Positions 1 to 9,641 of a stretch of DNA of 64,000 nt are shown piece after piece. The DNA lies in the NCBI GenBank assembly GCA_963663335.2, contig CAXXLN010000003.1:332358-396357 (forward strand). Direction: 5' to 3'. The position numbers and the translations under genes were made by a program. Under the pieces are notes generated by a model. The model worked only from the letters and a program-made list of their open reading frames with translations, made no database searches and was not told the DNA's origin. Position 1 is the stretch's first letter. Each line of letters begins with the position of its first letter. The stretch comes from Desulfatiglandales bacterium (lineage in GTDB: Bacteria; Desulfobacterota; DSM-4660; Desulfatiglandales; Desulfatiglandaceae).

Positions 1-122
1 TGACGTAGTATTTGCGCATCATAAGGGTGTCTCCGGATAAGTTTCAATATAATGCATATTTAACATAATTTGAATAAGATATCAATACATTATCCGTTAA
101 CGGTTGCAGTTTTTAGGTGTCA

Positions 123-539
123 ATGAAAAACCAGAGGTTAATGGATGAGGTTCATGAGGTCATGCGGCTGAAGCACTATTCCATTCACACCGAAAGATCC
201 TACAGTGATTGGATAAAGCGCTTTGTGCACTTTCACGGCATGAAATCCCGTGATGATCTTAAAGGGGGTGAACCGAAGACTGAGCAATTTCTAACCCACC
301 TTACAGTGGACGGAAATGTCTTCCCCTCAACACAGAATCAGGCCATGACGCCCTCGTCTTCTTGCATAAAAGAGTCCTTAAACAGACCCTCGACGGCAGG
401 ATAAATGCCGTTCGCCCAAAGAAGAAACCAAATATTCCCGTCGTTCTATCCAGAGAGGAAGTCGCATCCGTAATTTCAATGATGAAAAGGAACGCCGCAC
501 ATGGTTGTCAAAGTTTTGCACGGCAGCGGAATGCGGTAA
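123..539 (+). pseudogene. intI: Integron integrase (IntI-like tyrosine recombinase) N-terminal remnant with two frameshifts and a truncation
   Basis: Reads MKNQRLMDEVHEVMRLKHYSIHTERSYSDWIKRF...STQNQAM. After a 1-nt loss at ~348 it continues ALVFLHKRVL...NIPVVLSREEV, and after an extra A at ~485-488 it continues GTPHMVVKVLHGSGMR-TAA(537-539). These are typical IntI N-terminal motifs. The catalytic C-terminal half is absent. Confidence 0.85.
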
Positions 540-555
540 AAAACTCGAGCATCGG

Positions 556-975
556 TTACGCTTCTGTTTTATGCGCAAATCCCCATGAAAAAGAGAGCCC
601 GAATGCTTCGGCGCCGCCGATCCGCACACCGGCCAGGAAAGCGGTGGCCTGCCATTCTTTCATGCCCGCCTTGGTAACCAGGTCGCTATAGAATTTAACG
701 TCCACCCGTTTCCGCTCGATTTCGTTTCCAAGCTCCCCATACCCATAGCAAAGATCATGGGGCAGACAGCATTTATACGTAATGTCCCGCCAGTCGCATC
801 CCGTGAACAGTCCCATGATTTCATCGGGAAGGCCGGAGCATCCGTCGAATTTCCACGACTTGTAGCGGTCGGAATCGATTTCAATGCGGTTGACCAGGTA
901 GCCCAGGTTGAAATGCCGGCACAACGCCAACGCCTGTTCCGTTGTGACAATGTCTCCGATCTCCGGGTATTCCAT
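556..975 (-). CDS. Small Cys-containing protein with a phospholipase A2-like motif
   Basis: DGCSG...CCLPHDLCY resembles the sPLA2 CCxxHDxCY catalytic motif; C-terminal VRIGG...FSWGF; GGAGG RBS upstream. Confidence 0.6.
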   Translation of the reverse strand: MEYPEIGDIVTTEQALALCRHFNLGYLVNRIEIDSDRYKSWKFDGCSGLPDEIMGLFTGCDWRDITYKCCLPHDLCYGYGELGNEIERKRVDVKFYSDLVTKAGMKEWQATAFLAGVRIGGAEAFGLSFSWGFAHKTEA

Positions 976-1007
976 GGGTGCCTCCTTTCATGGTGCGTTT
1001 TCCAATC

Positions 1008-1952
1008 CTACAGTGAAAATACGGCCCCATCCTGTTCAAGGCTTTCGATGACCTTCAAAGTCCGGATCAGGCGGCCTGAGTATACGTCCACATTGCCGGG
1101 GCCGTTATACCGTTTTGTGAAAGTCCGCCAGTCTTCAACTTCGATAAACCGCAGCAGATGGTTGGCTTCAACAAATCCGAAAAAGCCGGCGATCTGCTCT
1201 TCACAGGAGCGCTGAAAGGCGAGTACCATGTCCCTTGCACTTGCATGGGGCGTGACCTCCCAGTTGAATCCCATCAACTGCGGCAGACCGTAGCTGCATG
1301 AGGCAAGGGCGGCTTCCTTGTCCACGTCATAGGCCCGGGAGAAGCTGAGCCATTCCTGCCTCTGCCCTCCTCGTTTCCACGGTACGTCACGCCCGGACCT
1401 GCGTCTGAAGATATGGGGTTCATAACGGATGATGACAAGGCCCGTGGCCGGATCATAGGCCTTGCCCGATTCCACGGAAAAGACCGCCAGCGCACTGTTT
1501 GTTTTAAGGCCGTTGGCGCGGGCCTGTTCGCTGATCGCCTTACCGTAACGGTTCCAGAGTCGGCAGATCCGGTTTTCTTCGGAGGTCCGTCCGATGATTT
1601 CAGGCCCCGGAGGTTCGCTGACGGGCCTCTGGGAAGGTTCAAAGATCAGATCGTCGCCGACTTTCAGCAGGACATCCTGAGCGGGAAGGGCGAACATCTC
1701 CTGAAGACGGTTTAAGGTATCGGGGCCCAATTTGGCATCGGTGGGGTCGACCCCCGCAAGGTGCTGGAAATCTTCGACGGCTTCGGAAAACGCAATCCAG
1801 TCAATGACGTCCAGTTCGCCGGCCTCCAGTATTTGGTCGCGGTCAAGATCTCCCTGAAGGAGAATGGGGTATCCTTGCCATTCGGCTGGGATGTCCCTCA
1901 GATTCCAATGTCTTCCGACGGCATTACGATTGTATGTGGCGGGTGATGACAT
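1008..1952 (-). CDS. N-acetylmuramidase (DUF3380-type endolysin-like) with a probable N-terminal peptidoglycan-binding segment
   Basis: VESG, RYEPHIF, SYGLPQLMGFNW and FTKRYNGPG motifs; AVEDFQHLAGV..DAKLGPDT is PG-binding-like. Confidence 0.8.
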   Translation of the reverse strand: MSSPATYNRNAVGRHWNLRDIPAEWQGYPILLQGDLDRDQILEAGELDVIDWIAFSEAVEDFQHLAGVDPTDAKLGPDTLNRLQEMFALPAQDVLLKVGDDLIFEPSQRPVSEPPGPEIIGRTSEENRICRLWNRYGKAISEQARANGLKTNSALAVFSVESGKAYDPATGLVIIRYEPHIFRRRSGRDVPWKRGGQRQEWLSFSRAYDVDKEAALASCSYGLPQLMGFNWEVTPHASARDMVLAFQRSCEEQIAGFFGFVEANHLLRFIEVEDWRTFTKRYNGPGNVDVYSGRLIRTLKVIESLEQDGAVFSL

Positions 1953-1987
1953 TTTGTCTGCTCCTTTGTTGAGGTTTCCGGTTGATT

Positions 1988-2767
1988 TCAGGGCGAGGGG
2001 GGGCTTTTTTGAAATTTCTTGATGATTTTAGGGATGAAGAAAGAAAAGATGAACAGGCCCACCGAGAAAAAGACCTTGAAAGAGATCAGTTCCCCCCAGT
2101 TTCCGGAGGCCCAGACATCCTTGAGGGTGCCGATGAAAAAGGTGAAGATGAAGGTTCCCACGATGATGCCTAAGCCCGTTCCGAAGAAATAGTCCCGAAA
2201 GCTCACTTTGGTGAGCCCCATGCCGAAGTTCATGGGGGTAAAGGGAAAATAGACCAACCGCAGATACAGCACCGTCGCGAAACCGTTTTTTTCAATGGCG
2301 TCATCATACTTTTTCAGACGGTTGCCGATCAGGGATGCCGCGAATTCCCGGCCCAGGGTCCGGCCGATGACAAAGGCGGCGCCGGCGCCCAGCATGGCCC
2401 CGATCCAAACGTAAACAAAACCGTAATAGGGTCCGAAGATGGCCGCCCCCAGCCCGGTCAGAAGGGTTCCCGGGAGAAAGAGACAGACCCCCACCGCGTA
2501 GACCACCATGTAGGCCACGGGCGCCCAGACGCCCGCACCTTTCAACAGATTTCCCAATGCATCGGCGGTCAGGTATTCCCTGGCCGGGGTGAATCGCGCT
2601 ACGGCGATGGCCGCGAGAATGAAGAGAACCAGTATGGCTGCTTTGAGAAGTCCTTTTTTGCCGGTTTTTGCTTTTTCGGGATCTGGCTGATTCAAGAATT
2701 TTTGCCTCGCGACGGTCTGTTGGAATGTGGTTTTTTTGAAACAACCCTTGGTGGTATCGTCATGCAA
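1988..2767 (-). CDS. TVP38/TMEM64 (DedA/SNARE-associated) membrane protein; start uncertain
   Basis: Multiple TM helices, LPGTLLTGLGAAIFG, LRLVYFPFTPMNFGMGLT. Confidence 0.85.
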   Translation of the reverse strand: MHDDTTKGCFKKTTFQQTVARQKFLNQPDPEKAKTGKKGLLKAAILVLFILAAIAVARFTPAREYLTADALGNLLKGAGVWAPVAYMVVYAVGVCLFLPGTLLTGLGAAIFGPYYGFVYVWIGAMLGAGAAFVIGRTLGREFAASLIGNRLKKYDDAIEKNGFATVLYLRLVYFPFTPMNFGMGLTKVSFRDYFFGTGLGIIVGTFIFTFFIGTLKDVWASGNWGELISFKVFFSVGLFIFSFFIPKIIKKFQKSPPSP

Positions 2768-3025
2768 ACCCCAGTCAATGGTTGTCTCATGGGGACGGCC
2801 TGAAAGATGTTACCGAGGTCGGTCCCGCATTTCAAGCCAAAAAAATGGTCAGGGGAAAATTGAAGTTAATAATGATGCACTGATCTTGGCTTGAACGAAA
2901 CTGAGGAATTTTCAAGGACGGTTGGCCGGGGCCCGGCCGAAATCGCTCATGGAGATGCTGAGGCACCCGTGACCATCGCGGCCGAAATGGTTCACGGGCG
3001 TACCATACGGGCGGGGCAGGGGATT

Positions 3026-3448
3026 TTACAGGTCAGGATGGCCCCTTTCGATGACGCCTTTTTCCAACCGGATTTTGATCCGTTCCAGAAGTTTTTCGCG
3101 ATCCACCGGCTTTTCAAAGAATTCATCGACACTGAAATAGTCGTCATCGCCCCATTTGTCGATCCGGATGCCCATTTCGTCGCCGATTCCCGATATGCCG
3201 ATGATGGGAATTGTTTTGAGCTCCGGGTCCGATCGAAGTGCCTTGCACACATCAAACCCTGAAAAAGTGGTTTCCATCATAATGTCCAGAAGAACCAGGT
3301 CGGGATGGGCCTCTTTGATCAGGTCCACACCTTTTTGACCGTCGTCGGCGGTCAGCACCTCGAACCCGTTTCGCGTTAAAAAGGTTTCCATGGTGAAGAG
3401 TAAATCATGATTGTCATCCACAATAATAATTTTTGCCGTCTTTTCCAT
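3026..3448 (-). CDS. Single-domain response regulator
   Basis: IIIVDD, PDLVLLDIMM, KP receiver motifs. Confidence 0.9.
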   Translation of the reverse strand: MEKTAKIIIVDDNHDLLFTMETFLTRNGFEVLTADDGQKGVDLIKEAHPDLVLLDIMMETTFSGFDVCKALRSDPELKTIPIIGISGIGDEMGIRIDKWGDDDYFSVDEFFEKPVDREKLLERIKIRLEKGVIERGHPDL

Positions 3449-3468
3449 AAATCGCTCCTCGTTTGAGA

Positions 3469-4557
3469 CTATTTCATCGACAATATCACTCTGAAAGTGC
3501 TCCCCTTACCGGGGGAAGACAATACCTCAATTTTTCCGCCATGTTCGCGCACAATTTTGTCCGCCACAAAAAGCCCGAGACCCGTGCCGTCACTCCCCTT
3601 GCCCGAGTAGAATTCGTCAAATATCTTGTCGATCTTCTCTTCATCCATGCCGATGCCGTCATCCTCCACCTCGAACATGCAGCAAAATCGGTCATGGAAA
3701 CCGGCCCGGACCACTACGCTGTGATAATCTTTCGATTTGTCCTGCTTGCAGGCCTCCATCCCGTTCCAGATGAGATTGCTCAAAACCCGGCGCATACTGG
3801 CGGGATCCAGGCTTACCGGGGGGAGGGCGGGATTTGAAAAGCATTCAAGTCGAACATTCATGACGGCCGCCTTTTCCCTGAACAACCGTACCACATCCCT
3901 GATGATTTCCCCGGGAGAGACCCTGTGGCATTCGATATCCCGCTTCTTGGACGAGTACAGAATATTCTGAGCAATATTGGAAATCTCCCCTATATTTCTC
4001 TTAACGATGTCCCATCCTCTGGTGACGAGGGCCATGTCACCATCCTTTAACCCTTCTTCAATGACATAGCTTCCGCCGTTCAGTCCTTCCAGCATGTTTT
4101 TCATGTCGTGGGAAAGTACCGCAATGGATTGTCCCAGAAAGGTCAACTCTTTCTGCATTTTTTTCACCTTGGTGATGTTGGTGGACATTTCCATGACCGC
4201 TTCCACATTCCCCAGCATGTCCTTAACCGGCACCGAATAGACGATCAACTGGGCCACTTCCCCGTCGGATAAGCGAACATTCTCCTCACTGATGTGGATT
4301 TGCCTGTCTTCAAAGGATTCCCGTACCGGGCAGGCGCCGCAGATGTCATCACTTCCCTTGTAAACCAGGTGACAAGGGCGTCCCACCCCCTCGCCGAAAT
4401 CTTTCCTGAAATTTTCATTGGCGAAGAGAATGTTCATGGAACGGTCCTGTATGGAGAGATAGCAGGGCAGCAGATCAATGATGCCCCGATAACCCAAATC
4501 AAGAAGGGTTCTGCTGGTATCGGTGCAGTCTGAAATGTCTTTGAATGACCGGTTCAT
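3469..4557 (-). CDS. Cytoplasmic PAS-domain histidine kinase
   Basis: H-box LSHDMKN, N-box NLIWNG, DDGIGM, GTGLGL; Cys-containing PAS domain. Confidence 0.9.
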   Translation of the reverse strand: MNRSFKDISDCTDTSRTLLDLGYRGIIDLLPCYLSIQDRSMNILFANENFRKDFGEGVGRPCHLVYKGSDDICGACPVRESFEDRQIHISEENVRLSDGEVAQLIVYSVPVKDMLGNVEAVMEMSTNITKVKKMQKELTFLGQSIAVLSHDMKNMLEGLNGGSYVIEEGLKDGDMALVTRGWDIVKRNIGEISNIAQNILYSSKKRDIECHRVSPGEIIRDVVRLFREKAAVMNVRLECFSNPALPPVSLDPASMRRVLSNLIWNGMEACKQDKSKDYHSVVVRAGFHDRFCCMFEVEDDGIGMDEEKIDKIFDEFYSGKGSDGTGLGLFVADKIVREHGGKIEVLSSPGKGSTFRVILSMK

Positions 4558-4632
4558 GTTGCTTTTCTGATACCTCAGGCACTCAAACGCTTTGCCCCGG
4601 CGCCGGGTTGATCAAAGTGGGGGCGCTTGGTT

Positions 4633-5088
4633 TTACGGTTTTTTCGGAATGGGACTTTCCAAAACCTTTGCGTTTTTCTTCGACCGATTGACATAGATGA
4701 CACAGCGATCACAGGAATCATCACAACGGGTTTCCATAGTTTCCCGGGTTTCATAACAGGGTTTGTAAGGCGCCTGATAGGCGGAACAATCTTCCTTGGC
4801 GTCACAGTCAAAGACATTCCAGCAGGGCGCCAATTGGACCAAACGTCTGAGGCAGGGGAGCGTAAAGCCCTCATTATGAATTAAATGGGAAATCTGCCGT
4901 ATCTGAGCAATATCAAAATCGGAGTAGATCCGGTTGTTGGTTCTGGCTTCACGCTTGGGCTTCACCAACCCCATCTTTTCGTACTCGCGTATGGTCTTCT
5001 GGGAAAGATCCACTTCCCTCGATACGGTACTGATGGAATATTCCGAAGATTCGCCGAAAACGGCGCTTTTTTTCGTTTTACGGTGCAA
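4633..5088 (-). CDS. MerR-family regulator with a Cys-rich C-terminal domain
   Basis: YSISTVSREVDLSQKTIREYEKMGLVKPKR..NNRIYS is a MerR HTH; 8 Cys in the C-terminal half. Confidence 0.85.
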   Translation of the reverse strand: MHRKTKKSAVFGESSEYSISTVSREVDLSQKTIREYEKMGLVKPKREARTNNRIYSDFDIAQIRQISHLIHNEGFTLPCLRRLVQLAPCWNVFDCDAKEDCSAYQAPYKPCYETRETMETRCDDSCDRCVIYVNRSKKNAKVLESPIPKKP

Positions 5089-5133
5089 ATTGTCCTCTAA
5101 CCATTCAAAAAAATGACAGTTGAAAACCGTGTC

Positions 5134-5526
5134 TTATTTAAAACAAGCTTCAATCGCTTCCAGAAGCTCGTCCGGTTCGGCCGGTTTTTCGATGTAGGCC
5201 GCAGGTTCCGGTATCTTTTCCCCTTTATACTCATCCATGACTTTTTGGGAATGGAAAAAAGTCTTCCTGGAAAGGGCGGAAAGCATGATAACGGGAATAT
5301 CCTTCAAATCAGGATCGGTTTTCAGCTCACGATACATTCCGATACCGCTCTCGTTGGGCATCATCACGTCCAGTATGACCACGGAGGGTTTTTCCCTGCG
5401 GGCAATCACCATGCCTTCTTTTCCATCCACGGCGGGAAGAGGTTTGTATCCACTCGTCTCCAAAAGGGTGCTCACAAAAGTTCTCACATCCAACTCATCA
5501 TCCACGACCAGGACTTTTTTTGCCAT
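5134..5526 (-). CDS. Single-domain response regulator
   Basis: VLVVDDE, ILDVMMP, IEKP. Confidence 0.9.
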   Translation of the reverse strand: MAKKVLVVDDELDVRTFVSTLLETSGYKPLPAVDGKEGMVIARREKPSVVILDVMMPNESGIGMYRELKTDPDLKDIPVIMLSALSRKTFFHSQKVMDEYKGEKIPEPAAYIEKPAEPDELLEAIEACFK

Positions 5527-5595
5527 TTCTCCACTCCTTCATCAATAGGGTCCCACTGCCGGCAGGTTTCAGGTTTTTGGCTTCAGCCGGCTTAC

Positions 5596-6093
5596 TCAAT
5601 ACATATTCCCGGGCAAAGTAAACTGATTGACCGGATTCCTGATGGCAATCACATGGCAGTGGGCATATTTGCTGACGCTGCCAACAGTGCTTCCGTGTTC
5701 AATTCTTTCCGCTTCGGATTTGCCAAGCGCCCCCATGACGATCACATCAATTTTATGCTTTCGGGCGTAACGGATGATTTCAACATCGGGAGATCCGCTC
5801 TTGATCACAAACTCATAGTCCTTAAAATCGGCCAGTTTGGCCTCGTATTCTTTCTTCAGCGCTTCTTCGGCCTTTTTTGCGATTTCTTCACTGAAAAAGG
5901 CTTCCCCACCTTCCGCGCCTTCCGGCACATGCTCATCCACCACATGCCGGCAATAGGAATAGGATGAATGGGGGATGTGAAGAATATGCAGTTTTGCATG
6001 ATGCTTCTTGGCCAGGTCGAGGGCGTGAAAAAAAGCGATGTTTGCATCTTCTGAAAGATCCGTGCAAAACAAAATGTTCTTGTATTCTACCAT
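5596..6093 (-). CDS. Universal stress protein (USP)
   Basis: YKNILFCTDLS, IDVIVMGALG..HGSTVGSVSKYAHCHV. Confidence 0.9.
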   Translation of the reverse strand: MVEYKNILFCTDLSEDANIAFFHALDLAKKHHAKLHILHIPHSSYSYCRHVVDEHVPEGAEGGEAFFSEEIAKKAEEALKKEYEAKLADFKDYEFVIKSGSPDVEIIRYARKHKIDVIVMGALGKSEAERIEHGSTVGSVSKYAHCHVIAIRNPVNQFTLPGNMY

Positions 6094-6156
6094 AGAGCGC
6101 TCCTTTTTAGTTGGGTTTCGGTTTTAAAAGATCCTTCCCTCAAGGATCGTTTAATA

Positions 6157-7323
6157 TTATGGCTTTCTGCAAATCCCTTCATCGGAAAAATTCTCTTTTT
6201 CAGGCAGCCGGATGAAAAACCGGGTTCCTTTTCCCTTTTCGGATTCGCATCCGATGAATCCTTTATGCTCATGGACGATTTTTTGGGTGATCATCAACCC
6301 TAAGCCGGTCCCTCCGGACCCTTTGGTACTGAAAAATTGCTCAAATATTTTGGACTTGGTCTCTTTATCCATGCCGCAACCGTTGTCAATGATCTGATAC
6401 TCCACGGCCCAGCCATCGGTTTTCAAGGTCTTGAGGATCACTTTGCCTTCACCGTGGACGCAGGTAATATCCGTGCAGGCATCGATGGCGTTGGATACCA
6501 GGTTCAGGATACAGCGATGAATGCCTTCAGGATCCAGCCAACCTTCAGACAATTGGCTATCCAGGCTTTTTTCGAGGGTCACGCCTCGCCTTAGGGCCTC
6601 CTGAACCATCAGGTCGAAGACCTCGCGAGCCGGTTGGTTGAGATCACATTGCCGGTATTCGGGAGTACGGTCTTTGCTGTAATTCAGAAGATCCAGGGTC
6701 ATGTTTCCGATTTTGCCCAGATTGCCTTTGATCATCTCCCAACCCTGCAGTAGATATTTCGGATTATCGCCTTCAATTCCCTTTTCTAAAACAAACGCTC
6801 CGCCTTTTAACCCGGAAACGACATTCTTGATGGCATGGGCAAGTCCCGCAACGGTCTGGCCCACAGCCACCAACCGTTCCGCGCTGATCAGCTCTTTTGT
6901 CTTCTCCTCGACGAGCCGTTCCAAATTCTCCGTGTATTCTCTCATTTTGGTCTTGAGATAGATCTTTTCATTGGCTCTCTTAAGTGCGATTTCCAGTGCA
7001 TCATCATTGATGGGTTTGGTGATAAAGTCGGTTGCGTCGCATTTTAAACTCTGGATGGCCAACTCTATATCTCCGTGTCCGGTGATCATGATGACTTCCG
7101 TGTCCGGGCTCTCTTCTTTGATCTTTCGAAGCACCTGAATCCCATCCATTCCGGGCATTTTGATATCCGTCAATACGATGTCCGGCTTTTGGTCTCTGAA
7201 AAGACGAAGGGCTTCTCCACCGCTTCCGGCTTTCAGGACCTCGTAGCCATAGTCGGCCAGAGTGATCCCCAGAACCGTTCGAATCCCCTCTTCGTCATCT
7301 ATCAGAAGAATCTTTTCAGTCAT
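6157..7323 (-). CDS. Hybrid receiver-histidine kinase
   Basis: N-terminal receiver (LLIDDE, LTDIKMP), H-box LAHAIKN, DNGCGM, GTGLGL. Confidence 0.92.
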   Translation of the reverse strand: MTEKILLIDDEEGIRTVLGITLADYGYEVLKAGSGGEALRLFRDQKPDIVLTDIKMPGMDGIQVLRKIKEESPDTEVIMITGHGDIELAIQSLKCDATDFITKPINDDALEIALKRANEKIYLKTKMREYTENLERLVEEKTKELISAERLVAVGQTVAGLAHAIKNVVSGLKGGAFVLEKGIEGDNPKYLLQGWEMIKGNLGKIGNMTLDLLNYSKDRTPEYRQCDLNQPAREVFDLMVQEALRRGVTLEKSLDSQLSEGWLDPEGIHRCILNLVSNAIDACTDITCVHGEGKVILKTLKTDGWAVEYQIIDNGCGMDKETKSKIFEQFFSTKGSGGTGLGLMITQKIVHEHKGFIGCESEKGKGTRFFIRLPEKENFSDEGICRKP

Positions 7324-9641
7324 GGTTTCGATCCGGAAACGGGGAATTGGATAATGAAGCTGGACCCTTCATCTTCCCGGCTTTTCACCTGAATGGTGCC
7401 GTCATAATCCCTGACAATACCATAGCTTATGGAGAGTCCCAAGCCTGTGCCTTTTCCAACCTGTTTGGTGGTGAAAAAAGGCTCAAATATTTTATCGACG
7501 ATGGACGCCGGAATTCCGGTGCCCGTATCTCTTATTTCAACCACCGCCATTGTGTCTTTTGCATGGGTCGTAAGGAAAATCTTCTTGGCCTTGTCTTTGG
7601 GAGCCACATTCCCCCACCACTTCGCTTCAATGGCATCGCGAGCGTTGATCAGCAGGTTTATGAAGACCTGTTCCAACCGATTGGAATCGGCCATGATGGT
7701 TGGAAGCTCCGGTTGAAGATCCGTGACGACCTCTATTTGTCTCAGTTTCAATTGCTGTTGAAAGATTTCAAGTGCCCGCGAAAGGGCTTCATTGAGTTGG
7801 ACCTCTTCCCTGACAACCTCTGACTTGCGGCCAAACTCCCGCATGTGATTGATGATTTTTGAGGCGCGGTCTACCTGAGCATTGATTTCACCGGTGAGGG
7901 TCTTCATGGTGTCGTCATCAATTTTCTGATTTTTCAGGACCTTTTTGTGCAGAAAACTCCCCGCCGTTTTGATAACGGAAAGAGGCTGATTCAACTCGTG
8001 GGCGACCCCGGTGGACATCTCGCCGAGAGTCGCCATCTTGCTCGCCTGAATCAGTTGTTGTTCGGCCAGCAAACGCTCGGTAATATCGCTGATGGTGACC
8101 AGAAAGACCCCTTTCCCAAGGTACTCGGTGGATGAAACCCGAATGTTCACATAGATGACGTTTCCATCTTTTCCATAATGTTTTACGCGATCCAACGAGG
8201 TGGATGTTTTCATTCGCGAGGCGTATTGTTGCCGTTCATCCTCTCCAAAAAAATTGAGGAAGGAGGACATCAGAACTTCTTCCTGCCGATACCCATAAAC
8301 CGCTGTGACATTGTCATTGCAGTCCAGAATGTTCAGGGTCGATTGATCCAGAACGAAAACAGGGTTGGGTATGGTGGTGAAAATAATCTTGTACTTTTCC
8401 TCTGATTTTTTCACCTCCGATTCCAGGTGTTTCATTGCCGTCACATCCAGGCACATTTCCATGGCGGCCACTACCTCACCCTGTTTGTCCTTAATCGGGG
8501 AGGTACGAACCATCCAAAAGGATTTTGTTCCATCCTTGTTGACGCCTTCCTCTTCACTGTGATGGGCCTGGCCATCCTCGAAGGTGCTTAAGACGGGGCA
8601 TACCTCACACCTTTCCGACCTCCCTTTGTAAACCTGGTAACAATAGTCCCCCGAATGGGGATCAAACTGTTCGGCAAACTCCCGATTGTATCTCAGCAAC
8701 CTGAAGTCTCTGTCCTGAACTGTAATATAACAGGGGGCGGACTCAAAGAGTTTCTGATATTCCCCTTTTTGTTTGTTGAGTTCATCCTGCTTTTCACCGA
8801 TTTTCTTGCCCATCTGATTGATGGCATCGGCCAGAAGTCCGATATCATCGTTTCTTTTCAAGTCCACGGTGTAGTCATATTCACCCCGGCCGATGTGCCG
8901 CGTTCCCTCAATTAATCTTCTGATGGGGCGATTTACAAATCTCAGAAGAAAGAGCGCCATGAACCCCGATGTTACTAAAAAGGCGAAAACAGCCATCAGG
9001 ATAATGCCTCTCTCATAAGAGAAGATCTCCCGGTCTGTATCCGTTAAAGAGACCACCACGTCCAAGGCACCCAGGACCTTTGTTTTTTCGGGATGAAAAT
9101 GACACGCAGCACTGGCACATCCCGGCTGGTTGTAAATGGGGCTGATGATCCTCAGGAGCCGTTCCCCTTCGGGCGAATTAAATATGCGTGTTCTTTCCGC
9201 CAGGCTCGCTTTGAGCGCAGGGGGATCCGTTTTATGACAAATGTAACAAGGTTGTTCCTTGATGTTTGTTACGTGGTCCATCTCTCCGGCTCTGGTGGAA
9301 TAGCTGATTTTGCCAGACCTGTTAAAAATGCGGATCTTTTTGATCCCTTCCTGGTTTCCAATATTTCGGATGATCTGGGTGATATCATCCCGAGAGTTGA
9401 TCATCATGGCATAATGAACCCCTAATCGGATGGTGTTCCCCAGTCGGTCAGCCCCCTGAACGATGTTTTCCACGGCCCTTTCTTTTTGATGACCGATATT
9501 ATAGTAGGCCCAAGCGGAGATGCTCGCCGCCAGTATGAGACCGACCCAGAAAATCAGCCGAAAACTGAGGCTGAAATTTACATTCAGAAAACGTTTAAAC
9601 TTTCCCATGACGCCATCAGACCGGCCGTTCTCGAAAGGCAT
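7320..9641 (-). CDS. Membrane sensor histidine kinase: periplasmic heme-c-motif domain, HAMP, two PAS domains (alternative start 9608)
   Basis: Two TM helices flank CYICH and CASAACH; HAMP; PAS; H-box VAHELNQP; DTGTG; GTGLGL. Confidence 0.9.
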   Translation of the reverse strand: MPFENGRSDGVMGKFKRFLNVNFSLSFRLIFWVGLILAASISAWAYYNIGHQKERAVENIVQGADRLGNTIRLGVHYAMMINSRDDITQIIRNIGNQEGIKKIRIFNRSGKISYSTRAGEMDHVTNIKEQPCYICHKTDPPALKASLAERTRIFNSPEGERLLRIISPIYNQPGCASAACHFHPEKTKVLGALDVVVSLTDTDREIFSYERGIILMAVFAFLVTSGFMALFLLRFVNRPIRRLIEGTRHIGRGEYDYTVDLKRNDDIGLLADAINQMGKKIGEKQDELNKQKGEYQKLFESAPCYITVQDRDFRLLRYNREFAEQFDPHSGDYCYQVYKGRSERCEVCPVLSTFEDGQAHHSEEEGVNKDGTKSFWMVRTSPIKDKQGEVVAAMEMCLDVTAMKHLESEVKKSEEKYKIIFTTIPNPVFVLDQSTLNILDCNDNVTAVYGYRQEEVLMSSFLNFFGEDERQQYASRMKTSTSLDRVKHYGKDGNVIYVNIRVSSTEYLGKGVFLVTISDITERLLAEQQLIQASKMATLGEMSTGVAHELNQPLSVIKTAGSFLHKKVLKNQKIDDDTMKTLTGEINAQVDRASKIINHMREFGRKSEVVREEVQLNEALSRALEIFQQQLKLRQIEVVTDLQPELPTIMADSNRLEQVFINLLINARDAIEAKWWGNVAPKDKAKKIFLTTHAKDTMAVVEIRDTGTGIPASIVDKIFEPFFTTKQVGKGTGLGLSISYGIVRDYDGTIQVKSREDEGSSFIIQFPVSGSKP

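Noticed and set aside
1008-1952. Prophage around the endolysin-like gene
   Set aside because: No structural, terminase, holin or phage integrase genes are present in the window.
556-2767. Genes next to intI as integron cassettes
   Set aside because: They lie downstream of and convergent to intI, and the 32-35 nt intergenic gaps contain RBSs but no attC-like RYYYAAC...GTTRRRY structure.
2790-3005. GC-rich hairpins as ncRNA or attC
   Set aside because: The imperfect stems (e.g. CCCGTGACCAT/ATGGTTCACGGG) have no recognisable family motif and are most simply terminator-like structures after the signalling operon.
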